Source: Bdellovibrionota bacterium (GTDB taxonomy: Bacteria > JAGRBM01). From it: a stretch of DNA of 51,563 nt. The stretch is taken from the NCBI GenBank assembly GCA_040758475.1, contig JBFLVN010000001.1, positions 1-51,563 of the forward strand, read 5' to 3'. Under the pieces are notes generated by a model that made no database searches, was not told the origin of the DNA, and saw only the letters and a program-made list of their open reading frames with translations. The translations under genes were made by a program, and so were the position numbers. How positions within the stretch are numbered: the first letter of the stretch is position 1; the number at the start of each line of letters is the position of its first letter. Below are positions 44,901-51,563 of the stretch, in pieces.

Positions 44901-47900
44901 GGAACCCAGGCATCGGCGGTATTGCCGGACGGTTCCGAGCAAGCTCTCTCGTCGCTCACCGTGCGGGCGACGGAACTCACGGTGGGCGAACACGGACCCC
45001 AGTCCATGCCAGCGGAATTGCCGCCGACTTCCGCCTATACTTATGCCGTTGAATTGAGTGCCGATGAGGCGGTAGCTCTTGGAGCCAAGAGCGTTTCTTT
45101 CTCTAAACCCGTCGTTCAGTACTTGGAAAATTTCCTCAATTTCCCGGCAGGGGCGATTGTACCCGTCGGATATTACGATCCCACTAAAAAAGCGTGGGTG
45201 CCGTCCGCTAATGGGCGCGTCGTCCAGATTTTAAGCACTGCCGGAGGGCAGGCGACGCTCGACGTGATCGGAGAGGGTAATCCGGCAAGTGCAGCCGAAC
45301 TGGATGAATTGGGTATTACGAGCGCCGAACTAACTACCCTGGCGTCGTTGTATAGTCCCGGACAAACATTGTGGCGGTACGCTATTCCCCACTTTACGAG
45401 CGTTGACGCGAACTGCCCGTATCATGATACTGAAAGAAAGCCCAAACCGCCGAAACCGAAATCAAAACCGAAAGATGATGACGAGGATGACCCGTGCAAA
45501 GCGAGCGGGTCTATTATTGGATGCTTGCGTCAAACACTGGGGGAGGCTGTCCGGGTCACCGGTACACCCTTTAGCTTGCATTACCAGAGCGAGCGTGTGG
45601 GCCGTACCGGCGCGTCATTGGCGCGTGAAATAACCTTTACAATAACGGATGACGATGTTCCTGCGGACCTGGGCCGCATTCTTGCTGAACTGTCAATCGC
45701 TGGGAGAACCTTGCGACAAGAGCTTGTCTCGCCGTTTGTTGCTAATCAAGAAGTTGTCTTTGTATGGGACGGCCTGGACGCTTATGGGCGCCCATTCAAC
45801 GGTTCGGTGCCTTATGACGTCAAAATAACGCACTTTTATCCAGGCCTTTATCGCACGTTTCTTTCCAGAATACTGCAAATGCTTACTGAGGCGGGATGCA
45901 GGATTATCGATGTTTTCGGACTTCCTGCCGACCTGCGAATTGTGGCAGTCGATTCTGCCGGGCAGCCATGTCAAGTATTTAGCTTAAACCTTGCTGCGGA
46001 CGTCGCGAGCCGGGAAGCGCAGGGAGTGAGCACCGAGTTTTCCGGAGTGTTCAAAAATAATTTTGATGTAACTACGGCCAGTATTGGCTTGGGTGGTTGG
46101 ACACTTAGCGAGCACCATCAGTACGACCCAGCGGGACGTGTTCTTTATACAGGTGATGGCGAGAGAAGGGTCGCCGACAATGTTGCCTGGGTGATTGAAA
46201 CGGTGGCTGGAATTGGCCCTTCTCCGCATGGCGGTTTCAGCGGTGATGGCGGGCCGGCCCTAGAGGCTAGATTGCAGGCTCCCTACGGGATGGCGGTCGC
46301 GTCGGATGGAAGCATTTATTTTGCCGCCGCCGGGAACCACCGAGTTCGCAAAATTTCGCCTTCGGGAGTTATCACGACTGTAGCTGGAAATGGAACTGCC
46401 GCGTCTACGGGGGACGGTGGTCCAGCACTGGCAGCGTCGCTCAATAGCCCGTTGGACGTGGCGCTGGCGCCTGACGGCAGTCTCTATATCGCAGAGAATG
46501 AGGGCAACCGTATTCGCCGCGTCGCCTCTGACGGACTCATCGAGACCGTAGCGGGAACCGGCATTGCGGGTTATTCGGGGGATGGTGGCCCAGCAACCCA
46601 AGCCAAGCTCTCGAAACCTTCCGCTGTTGAGCTTGCGCCAGACGGGACGCTCTTCATCGCCGATTGGTTGAATCGGCGCGTTAGGCGCGTTGGTCCAGAT
46701 GGAGTTATCACAACGATCGCGGGCAATGGGAACAACGGAGGCTTAATCGTCGAGGGACTGATGGCGACGAATGTGGGCATTGGCACCCCTATCGCTCTTG
46801 CGTGGCGTAGCGATGGTGATCTTCTCATTGCCAATTCCCGCACGACGGTGGGTGGTCCCCCAGGATTCCTCTATCGCGTAGACCCATCTGGCAGAATCCA
46901 CCCCGTTGCTGGTAACGGCTCTTACGGTGCTGGTGGAGATGGTGGAAGCGCCGCGCTTGCCGCGTTGGACCGGCCGCGTGGCGTCGCCATAGATTCAGAA
47001 GGGGTAGTTTACATCGCCGATTTTGAGCAAAACCGTTTGCGGCGAATCGGTACGAATGAGATTATCAACACAATCGCCGGAAATGGGTTGCCCCCATCAC
47101 TGGATGAGCAGGATGGTGTCGCGGTAGGGCCTCGGTTGAATGATCCTTCGGCGGTAGCTCTTTCGCCGGACGGCAGTATTTATGTCTCTGATTGGGGTAA
47201 TTCCCGCATCAAACGGGTCAAGCAAGCGATTCCAGGTTTCAGTGGGGATGAGATTCTGATCGCTTCGGAAGACGGTTCTGAACTCTATCGTTTTTCAAGC
47301 ACCGGCCGTCATTTAGGTACGCGGGATACGTTGACTGGCACAATCTTGTACTCCTTTACGTATAATTCCCAAGGGCAGCTTGTTGCCATGCGGGATCGAA
47401 ACGGCCTTGAGACGGTCATCGAGCGTGATCCTAGCGGGAATCCAACAGCGATAGTAGCTCCCGGCGGCCAGCGAACCGCCCTCTCTCTGGGGTCTGATGG
47501 GTACCTTGCGCGGATCGAAAATCCCGCCGGAGAGGCTGATCTATTTACATATACTGCTGTGGGACTGCTTTCTACACGGACTGATCCGAAGGGAAGCGTT
47601 TATAGATTCTATTACGATCCCAACAGGCGACTAATAAGAGACGAAGACCCATCGGGTGGCTTTACGGAACTCTCGCAGGTTGAAGCAGACGAATGCCAAC
47701 TGGACAGCGTGTCACTCAAGGACTGTGTAACAGTGACCAAGAGCACGGCTGAAGGGCGCATCACAACGTACCTGCGTGGAATCGATGCGTTTGATAATCG
47801 TGTGATTCAAGTGACTCATCCTAGTGGGCTGATCCAGAAGAGGGTGGGTGGTATTGATGGATCGTCTACCTGGACGGATGCAGACGGAACCATAGCAATA

Positions 47901-50294
47901 TTCTCTCCCACAGCCCATCCGCAGTATGGAATGCAGGTGCCAATAACCTCAGCAACTATTGCTCTGCCGAGTGGAATACTTTTTGCCGAAAATGCCTCTA
48001 TACAGACGTCCCTTTCCGAGCCCGGAAATCCAATGTCCCTCACTACTCGGACTGAAACGCGGACTATTAATAACAAGACTTATTCGGCCGTTTATCGGGC
48101 TGACGCTTTTGGTGGTGATTTACCGAGGACGTTGACGGTCACTAGCCCAGAAGGCCGAACGATCAAACAATCGTTAGATTCACTTGGAAATATTGTTTTT
48201 AAGCAACAGACAAATCTTATCCCGATAATCGCTATTTATGATCCAACGCGTGGGCTTCTGAATCAAATAACTCAGGGTTCCGGTCTTGAAACTCGTGCAA
48301 CGACATACACGTACGACATCAGAGATCGATTAGAGACCATCGTTGACTCCGAAATGCGTCAGATGTCTTTTGAGTATGATAACGCGGATCGCGTCACGAA
48401 AAAGACTTTGCCCGATGGACATTTCATCCTTTATGGATATGACGCGAATGGAAATCTAACGAGTGTCACTCCGCCAGGACGGCCCGCGCATATTTTCAAT
48501 TACACGCCAGTAAACCTAATGAATCAGTATTCGCCGCCGGATTTGTCTAATATTCCCATTGAAGCCACGGTTTACACCTACAACAGAGATCGTCAACTTG
48601 AATTGATAACTCGGCCTGATGGGCTTGAGATCGACTATTCTTACAATTCAAGGGGACAGGTTGCGTCAGTTCTAACTCCGGATGGGGCATTGGGGTATGT
48701 ATATGATCCGGTAAGCGGCAAACTCGCGACCTTGACAGCTCCCGGCGGCGTTACCCTTGATTATACCTATGACGGAAATCTGCTGGCTTCCACCACCTGG
48801 AGTGGGTCTCAAGTCGTAGGCAATGTATCTCGCACTTATAACAATGATCTGTTGGTCTCATTTCTTTCGGTCAACGCCGACTCTATTCCGCTTACTTATG
48901 ACGACGACAGCCTTCTTATCGGTGCCGGAACTCTTTCAATTGCCCGTGATCCGGTAACCGGTTTGATCACCTCCACCGCTTTGGGCGGTGTGACTGACTC
49001 TCGCGATTACAATTCTTTTGGTGAACTACAGGGTTACGACGCGTCCTATAATTTCTCCACTCTTTACAGCTCAAATCTCACACGGGATACGCTCGGAAGG
49101 ATCACCCAGAAGGTTGAAACGATTCTAGGAGCTACCACGACTTACGATTACTTCTATGATTCAATTGGCCACCTTGAGGAAGTCCACACGAATGGCATGA
49201 CGACGGCGGAATATCAATACGACGATAATGGTAATCGGCTTGTAAAGACAGGCCCAACGGAATCTGAAGTTGGTGGCTATGACGATCAAGATCGCCTTCT
49301 TTCCTATGGAGAGACTGGCAGCGAAGCTACGTATGTTTATGCTGACAATGGAGAACTGCTTTCAAAGACCGACATTAATGGAACGACGACATACTATTAT
49401 GATGGCTTAGGTAACCTGCGTGAAGTTATGCTGCCTAACGGTGATCTAATTGAATATATTGTTGACGGAGAGAATCGGAGAATTGGTAAGTTGCGAAATG
49501 GCGTGTTTGAAAAAGGATTGCTTTATCAGGACAAAGTGAGACCTGTTGCAGAACTGGATGGAAACGGAGTTGTAATGTCGATGTTCGTTTATGGCAGTGA
49601 GAGGTACTCACCAGACTATATTATAAAAGACGGGAATGAATTCCGGATTGTTAAAGATTATCTGGGAAGCGTTCGCTTGGTAGTGGAGGCGTCAACGGGA
49701 ATAGTTGTCCAAAGAATGGATTACGATGAATTCGGCAAAGTTGTGAATGATACTAACCCGGGGTTCCAGCCATTTGGTTTTGCTGGTGGGATATATGATG
49801 AAGATACCGGACTGGCCAGATTTGGTGCCAGAGATTACGACGCAAAGGTGGGCCGTTGGACGAGCAAAGATCCAATTCTATTTAAAGGCGGAGACACTAA
49901 TCTGTATGGGTATGTAGTTTCTGATCCCATTAACTTCATTGATCCTTTAGGAATGGCCGGGGTTGAATGTCACGTGCAGGGTTGTGTCGGAGGTGTATGT
50001 GCCGGTATTGAGGTCGGTTCCGACTGTCCGGGCGACGTCGACTTGACCTTGGAACTTGGTCTAGGGGCCGGTGCATCCGCAGGATGCTCGGCATCAGTGG
50101 GTACCGACGAGGGTGAACCCGAGGGACTCGCTGACGTTAGTTTTTATGCTGAAGCTAGTGCGGAAGGTGCAGGCCTAGAGGCTGGAGCCGAAGTATCGGT
50201 TGATACAGAAGGAAACGTATCAGCTGATGCGTCTGCCGGTTGGGAGGTTGGCGGAGGAGCTCAGGCATCCGCTGGAGTACGAATTGAATTTTAG
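38904..50294 (+). CDS. Giant secreted teneurin-like RHS/YD-repeat polymorphic toxin (about 3796 aa)
   Basis: ATG at 38904 with GGAGGAG upstream. Signal peptide MNRVRWGVSLFVCTFLAVGSAHA. Two ~210-aa modules with G[ND]NRALVRFSQ...NPPRL[IV]L. Nine Ig/cadherin-like repeats (P.ISG.PP..V.E...Y.F.P.A.D). Seven or eight TolB/PD40-like blades (S.DGRYV.F.S.A.NLV..DTN...DVF.RD). Carboxypeptidase-regulatory-like fold (IRGQVLGTDGTPLPGVRVS). NHL repeats (GDGGPA......P.GVA...DGS.YIAD..N.R.RR.). YD repeats. RHS core ending in YDAKVGRWTSKDPI...NLYGYVVSDPINFIDPLGM. Confidence 0.95.
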   Translation: MNRVRWGVSLFVCTFLAVGSAHADPVTVILDAQGDTYVRGGSSNTNEGASSFTQVQSSGNNRALVRFSQVELESALGDGSLISATLELTITENGDNWGSTGRTVDAHRVTVDWAEGNGQVSGHNPSDRGAGSGATWNCAIDSNISNSAKDCIGSTEWNMSGSGARPWVTVPTASLLITNSLTGAVTWNVTSDVDAFLTGTGNYGWVIKRTDEGASGQADFGSRESANPPRLILVVDMPTPNFPPAISGNPPARVNEGDSYSFIPTASDQNPGDVLTFSIQNKPAWASFNASTGELSGTPSLADVGIYDNIIITVTDPAMASDSLPPFSIAVTITLEVVADTYLRSGAENTNEGGSTFLRVRESGDNRALVRFSQAELEAAVGAGALSWALLEADIQHNGDNWGTGRAVDAHLLTSDWTEGNGKVSGINPSDRGTGPGATWNCATDADIENQAKDCSGVSEWNMSGAGLRPWAEVPTDTVTITNLQSGTVAWDVTADALSFLSGSAPNYGWLIRKTEEGQPGLVEFDSRESGNPPRLVLAIDTSGVSNHPPTISGTPPTSVNEDSLYSFTPTASDPDAGDTLTFQITNKPAWAAFSTSSGTLSGTPTNADVGTYTGIVISVRDSALATATLPPFSITVVNTNDAPTISGNPPTTVSEDSFYTFTPSASDDDIVHGDSLTFSIQNQPAWTSFNLLTGELSGTPANEYVGVYPGVVICVSDGEAPDACLPAFSVTVTNTNDPPSISGTPDTAVFEDSFYGFVPTALDDDLIYGDTLEFSVQNLPPWAEFDPFTGTLSGAPENGDVGTYAGIIITVTDDSFASAALPAFSITVVNTNDVPTISGTPPTTVSEDSFYTFVPSASDDDLGDALSFTIQNKPAWASFSAVTGELSGTPINADVGTYVGIVISVQDLGGATASLPAFSITVTNTNDPPTIAGTPPTQVAQGALYNFTPSATDEDFPHGDVLTFSITNRPPWASFDTETGRLFGTPGNADIGTYSSIVITATDSSNASAQLAAFTIEVTNVNDPPSIGGTPSTSVNAGELYSFTPTASDPDTPYGDTLTFSVQNPPPWASFSTATGALSGTPTVADAGTYSGIVVSVQDSSLATAALAPFSIEVVYVVTNCVPDYEIVRVSVDSEGNEGNDWSLGGYLSADGRYTAFDSISDNLVSNDTNWTYDVFVFDRQTCATERVSVSSAGDEADASSSTAAISPDGRYVLFYSDATNLVPDDTNGFGDVFMRDRLSGETERVSLRADGGEVQGESSYSRSLSADGTWVVFESFASDVVPGDTNNNWDVFVRNRLTGQVERASVTSSGGQVFGASFGGYLSADGTLLVFDSEAFNLVSGDTNGVSDVFIRDLQTGTTTRVLGESGVQGNGYSCCGVLSPDGRYLVFESEATNLVADDTNDASDVFLRDLVTGEFERISLSSVGEEGDGFSAFEAISADGRYVLFFSDATNLVPGDTNAFGDVFVRDRASGQTRRANLNALGVEASDFSGPGSISEDGRFVAFNSGATNLVPNDTNGAFDVFVAPNPFLISAPPLPPLISSVQIVCTPGSEQTTILGEGFLQQNGTANGVLITTHSIAPLSAPVTRLLTDLNADAQNTQVVIPGIVSGLTDVGIVDVSLATAEGTSNVVRATSCLGQGNTPPSIGGVPPASVNQGELYSFIPSAFDPDPTDVLEFIIENQPLWAFFDPFSGELSGVPGNDDVGVHEDIVISVTDGRSLPVSLPPFSIEVFNVNDPPTITASAPASANAFKFYQFVPAADDPDLLYGDEIFFSISGKPRWARFDANTGVLSGAPADTDIGVFAGISISVRDIAGETATFGPFSIEVVPGSLPPDPALVATPLDQTVAANIFDGTEFLYSGSDPIQMGIEAEVIVPRQAAVIRGQVLGTDGTPLPGVRVSIADHPGYGFTFSRADGWYDLAVNGGGLLTLDYERSGFISAQRQSDIPWQDYVVLDEVRLVAYDTASTVVNFSDPIQVHQASVVTDQDGTRQAVLLFEQGTQASAVLPDGSEQALSSLTVRATELTVGEHGPQSMPAELPPTSAYTYAVELSADEAVALGAKSVSFSKPVVQYLENFLNFPAGAIVPVGYYDPTKKAWVPSANGRVVQILSTAGGQATLDVIGEGNPASAAELDELGITSAELTTLASLYSPGQTLWRYAIPHFTSVDANCPYHDTERKPKPPKPKSKPKDDDEDDPCKASGSIIGCLRQTLGEAVRVTGTPFSLHYQSERVGRTGASLAREITFTITDDDVPADLGRILAELSIAGRTLRQELVSPFVANQEVVFVWDGLDAYGRPFNGSVPYDVKITHFYPGLYRTFLSRILQMLTEAGCRIIDVFGLPADLRIVAVDSAGQPCQVFSLNLAADVASREAQGVSTEFSGVFKNNFDVTTASIGLGGWTLSEHHQYDPAGRVLYTGDGERRVADNVAWVIETVAGIGPSPHGGFSGDGGPALEARLQAPYGMAVASDGSIYFAAAGNHRVRKISPSGVITTVAGNGTAASTGDGGPALAASLNSPLDVALAPDGSLYIAENEGNRIRRVASDGLIETVAGTGIAGYSGDGGPATQAKLSKPSAVELAPDGTLFIADWLNRRVRRVGPDGVITTIAGNGNNGGLIVEGLMATNVGIGTPIALAWRSDGDLLIANSRTTVGGPPGFLYRVDPSGRIHPVAGNGSYGAGGDGGSAALAALDRPRGVAIDSEGVVYIADFEQNRLRRIGTNEIINTIAGNGLPPSLDEQDGVAVGPRLNDPSAVALSPDGSIYVSDWGNSRIKRVKQAIPGFSGDEILIASEDGSELYRFSSTGRHLGTRDTLTGTILYSFTYNSQGQLVAMRDRNGLETVIERDPSGNPTAIVAPGGQRTALSLGSDGYLARIENPAGEADLFTYTAVGLLSTRTDPKGSVYRFYYDPNRRLIRDEDPSGGFTELSQVEADECQLDSVSLKDCVTVTKSTAEGRITTYLRGIDAFDNRVIQVTHPSGLIQKRVGGIDGSSTWTDADGTIAIFSPTAHPQYGMQVPITSATIALPSGILFAENASIQTSLSEPGNPMSLTTRTETRTINNKTYSAVYRADAFGGDLPRTLTVTSPEGRTIKQSLDSLGNIVFKQQTNLIPIIAIYDPTRGLLNQITQGSGLETRATTYTYDIRDRLETIVDSEMRQMSFEYDNADRVTKKTLPDGHFILYGYDANGNLTSVTPPGRPAHIFNYTPVNLMNQYSPPDLSNIPIEATVYTYNRDRQLELITRPDGLEIDYSYNSRGQVASVLTPDGALGYVYDPVSGKLATLTAPGGVTLDYTYDGNLLASTTWSGSQVVGNVSRTYNNDLLVSFLSVNADSIPLTYDDDSLLIGAGTLSIARDPVTGLITSTALGGVTDSRDYNSFGELQGYDASYNFSTLYSSNLTRDTLGRITQKVETILGATTTYDYFYDSIGHLEEVHTNGMTTAEYQYDDNGNRLVKTGPTESEVGGYDDQDRLLSYGETGSEATYVYADNGELLSKTDINGTTTYYYDGLGNLREVMLPNGDLIEYIVDGENRRIGKLRNGVFEKGLLYQDKVRPVAELDGNGVVMSMFVYGSERYSPDYIIKDGNEFRIVKDYLGSVRLVVEASTGIVVQRMDYDEFGKVVNDTNPGFQPFGFAGGIYDEDTGLARFGARDYDAKVGRWTSKDPILFKGGDTNLYGYVVSDPINFIDPLGMAGVECHVQGCVGGVCAGIEVGSDCPGDVDLTLELGLGAGASAGCSASVGTDEGEPEGLADVSFYAEASAEGAGLEAGAEVSVDTEGNVSADASAGWEVGGGAQASAGVRIEF
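40550..42250 (+). repeat. Six tandem ~285-nt coding repeats (Ig/cadherin-like He_PIG-type domains) inside the RHS gene
   Basis: Recurring PPTISGTPPT.V.EDS.Y.F.P.ASD ... TF.I.N.P.WA.F...TG.LSGTP.N.DVGTY..I.I.V.D units. Two units share a ~113-nt stretch (40801-40913 vs 41377-41489), near-identical over its last 63 nt. Confidence 0.85.
49956..50291 (+). other. C-terminal variable (toxin) domain of the RHS protein, 112 aa, unrecognised family
   Basis: Begins right after the DPLGM core boundary. Five Cys in the first 44 residues. Very acidic (0 Lys, 1 Arg, about 21 Asp+Glu). Gly/Ala/Ser-rich with GxxxG-like runs (LGLGAGASAG, GGGAQASAG). Ends in alternating hydrophobics, VRIEF. Confidence 0.7.
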
Positions 50295-50324
50295 GCCAGA
50301 TCTCTTGAATAGAGGTTAATTTAG

Positions 50325-50711
50325 ATGTCAGGACCGTTCCGTGAACGTTTTGCGAATCTACATCTCGGTGAAAAGATTGCTATTATCGTTATACCAGTTG
50401 CGTTTATTGTGGTGCCTATATATTTTACATATTCGGACGAATATAGAATGGCGAAAGAGTTTTGTTGGAATGCAGAATCTGTAATTGAGTCAATTGGACA
50501 GGTTCGAAGCGTAACATGGCGACCGTGGAAGGGATTCAGCAATAGGAGGGGAAAGGGGCGCGTGGTTTTTTACGTTGAAGGGATGACGGGCGAAGGCGAA
50601 CTAACTGTATTAATAAGAACCGATAGGAATGTTGGTTGCGTGGAGGTCAGAAGAGCTGTTTTAAAAGGCACAAATGGTGAGCGTGAATTGGATGGATGGG
50701 AATGCCGATAG
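50325..50711 (+). CDS. Small single-TM protein, candidate RHS immunity protein 1
   Basis: GAGGT RBS 7 nt upstream, 30 nt after the RHS stop. TM helix IAIIVIPVAFIVVPIYF followed by a ~90-aa domain. Low GC. Confidence 0.55.
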   Translation: MSGPFRERFANLHLGEKIAIIVIPVAFIVVPIYFTYSDEYRMAKEFCWNAESVIESIGQVRSVTWRPWKGFSNRRGKGRVVFYVEGMTGEGELTVLIRTDRNVGCVEVRRAVLKGTNGERELDGWECR

Positions 50712-51160
50712 GGTATTTTATGAATCCGACCAGAGTCGCTCTTCTAATTATTTCAGTAGCACTCACTGCTATCGTTGACCCATTTCGGGAAGTGGTAGGC
50801 AATCAATATAACTCGTTCAGTGAGTGTGTCGTTAAAAATCTAGCTATATATGCTTTCATGTTTGTCGGGCCATTGCTCGTTTTAACATTTCATTCGTTAC
50901 GTTTAAATGAATTTCCTTGGACTAAATCGTTTTGGGCGGAGAATCCATTCCATTTAAGAAATCCATTTCAACTGTTTCATTTTGTTTCCTGGACCATGCT
51001 TCTTTCCGGTGTGTTACTTATTATTCGGCAACTCTTGGTTTCATCTCAACTTGATTATGGCGCCCTGGCCATCCTTTTTATGGGGTCGTTCTTTCGCGGC
51101 GGTATCTTTTTGTCGGAGTTAATATTTTCAAATAAATTCACTAAAGAAAAAGAAGCGTGA
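50696..51160 (+). CDS. Four-TM membrane protein, candidate RHS immunity protein 2
   Basis: Overlaps the previous gene by 16 nt. Four hydrophobic helices (VALLIISVALTAIV, LAIYAFMFVGPLLVLTF, LFHFVSWTMLLSGVLLII, LAILFMGSFFRGGIFLSELIF). The lowest GC of the window. Confidence 0.55.
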   Translation: MGMPIGYFMNPTRVALLIISVALTAIVDPFREVVGNQYNSFSECVVKNLAIYAFMFVGPLLVLTFHSLRLNEFPWTKSFWAENPFHLRNPFQLFHFVSWTMLLSGVLLIIRQLLVSSQLDYGALAILFMGSFFRGGIFLSELIFSNKFTKEKEA

Positions 51161-51191
51161 CCATTTTGGTGAAAATCGAACACCTTTTTGT

Positions 51192-51216
51192 CTGAAAATT
51201 TTGGGAGACCCGCAGC
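51192..51216. repeat. Direct repeat copy 1 (ctgaaaattttgggagacccgcagc) at the right island border
   Basis: Matches 51475-51498 with one indel and one mismatch. Lies 17 nt beyond the stop of the uppS-like ORF, where GC rises. Confidence 0.6.
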
Positions 51217-51232
51217 GGCGGATGTCTTTCAT

Positions 51233-51563
51233 TCACCGGCCCACAGTTCGCGAGAAAATTGCACGAACAGATTCAAACGCGCGAGTTCTAAAGCCGATTG
51301 CCCTCAAAACTCCCTTTGCCCCCGGCCAGGGTTGGGGCCAGGGCATGATTTCCGAGTAGGTACCCTGCCACGGGAGGAAGTTCGAAAGCCGCCGCTCGCC
51401 CGCGGTTCGGATTATGACGTCGGGTTCTGGCAGGCCGGCCGTAAATCCTCGCCCTTCCCCGTCGTGACGAAAGCCTGAAAATTTGGGAGACTCGCAGCCG
51501 GGAGGATACCCGGATGGCAGAGGATGTCGAAGGCGGCGAAAGGCTGAGGGCGGAGCTATTGAA
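51233..51563 (-). CDS. Isoprenyl transferase (undecaprenyl-diphosphate synthase, UppS-like), C-terminal part; open at window end, possibly a fragment
   Basis: Not in the track (open-ended). Reverse translation gives GLPEPDVIIRTAGERRLSNFLPWQGTYSEIMPWPQPWPGAK...LRAIGFRTRAFES*. This matches the UppS block D.(L/I)IRT.GE.R.SNFL.WQ..Y.E-x7-WP. The 30 codons nearest the window edge are not recognisably UppS-like. Confidence 0.5.
   Translation of the reverse strand, partial: SIAPPSAFRRLRHPLPSGYPPGCESPKFSGFRHDGEGRGFTAGLPEPDVIIRTAGERRLSNFLPWQGTYSEIMPWPQPWPGAKGVLRAIGFRTRAFESVRAIFSRTVGR
51475..51498. repeat. Direct repeat copy 2 (ctgaaaatttgggagactcgcagc)
   Basis: See copy 1. This copy lies inside the open uppS-like reading frame, 283 nt from copy 1. 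Confidence 0.6.

Larger units (their letters stand above)
18657..51216. mobile_element. About 32.5-kb mosaic genomic island (integrative, satellite/IME-like) inserted next to tRNA-Ser; right border approximate
   Basis: Abrupt fall in GC directly 3' of the tRNA. Recombinase, primase-ATPase, cI/Cro-like switch, ImmA, R-M/defence cargo and polymorphic toxin cargo. GC-rich core-like DNA with a uppS-like ORF resumes after about 51.2 kb. I cannot show whether the RHS locus moves with the integrase module. Confidence 0.6.

Noticed and set aside
51188-51478. 96-aa plus-strand ORF, and a 47-aa ORF starting at 51222
   Set aside because: Both are antisense to the segment that translates into a clear UppS C-terminal motif on the minus strand, and both have an R/P/G-rich composition.
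51100-51563. A direct-repeat copy of the tRNA-Ser 3' end marking the right island border
   Set aside because: I found no recognisable copy of gagttcgaatctcaccccctccgcca near the right end or in the internal non-coding gaps (24.6-24.9 kb, 38.1-38.8 kb). This is consistent with a serine recombinase, which needs no long core repeat, so the right border rests on composition only.

Overview
The window has two parts. Positions 1-18.6 kb are GC-rich core chromosome (by eye about 65% GC). They encode a ZnuABC/TroA-type metal uptake operon with an outer-membrane barrel gene, folE and queD, ftsH, a polar-lipid/envelope cluster (NTP transferase, CDP-alcohol phosphatidyltransferase, flippase-like::TolC-like ORF, MlaC-like protein), a 2Fe-2S ferredoxin, thiE, a TetR regulator, tsaC, a HEAT-repeat protein and a HAD hydrolase. 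A tRNA-Ser(UGA) at 18567-18656 marks a sharp drop in GC. From there a roughly 32.5-kb mosaic genomic island runs to about 51.2 kb. The island carries a large serine recombinase whose last codons lie inside the tRNA, and a DnaG-type primase fused to a P-loop domain. It also carries a divergent XRE/XRE switch with tandem operator-like repeats, and an ImmA-type metallopeptidase. Next is a co-directional defence array: XRE controller, Type III R-M res and mod, then four uncharacterised genes. These four are a coiled-coil 2TM protein, an Mrr-type nuclease, a RelE/ParE-like::UvrD-type helicase and a 2TM protein. The island ends with an 11.4-kb secreted teneurin-like RHS/YD polymorphic toxin gene that has an unrecognised acidic Gly/Ala-rich C-terminal domain, followed by two small membrane proteins that are candidate immunity factors. 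The best candidate for a new system is the four-gene helicase/nuclease/membrane cluster at 25.5-30.8 kb. The RHS C-terminal toxin/immunity module is second. All domain calls come from motif recognition by eye. No HMM or BLAST search was possible, and GC statements are visual estimates.
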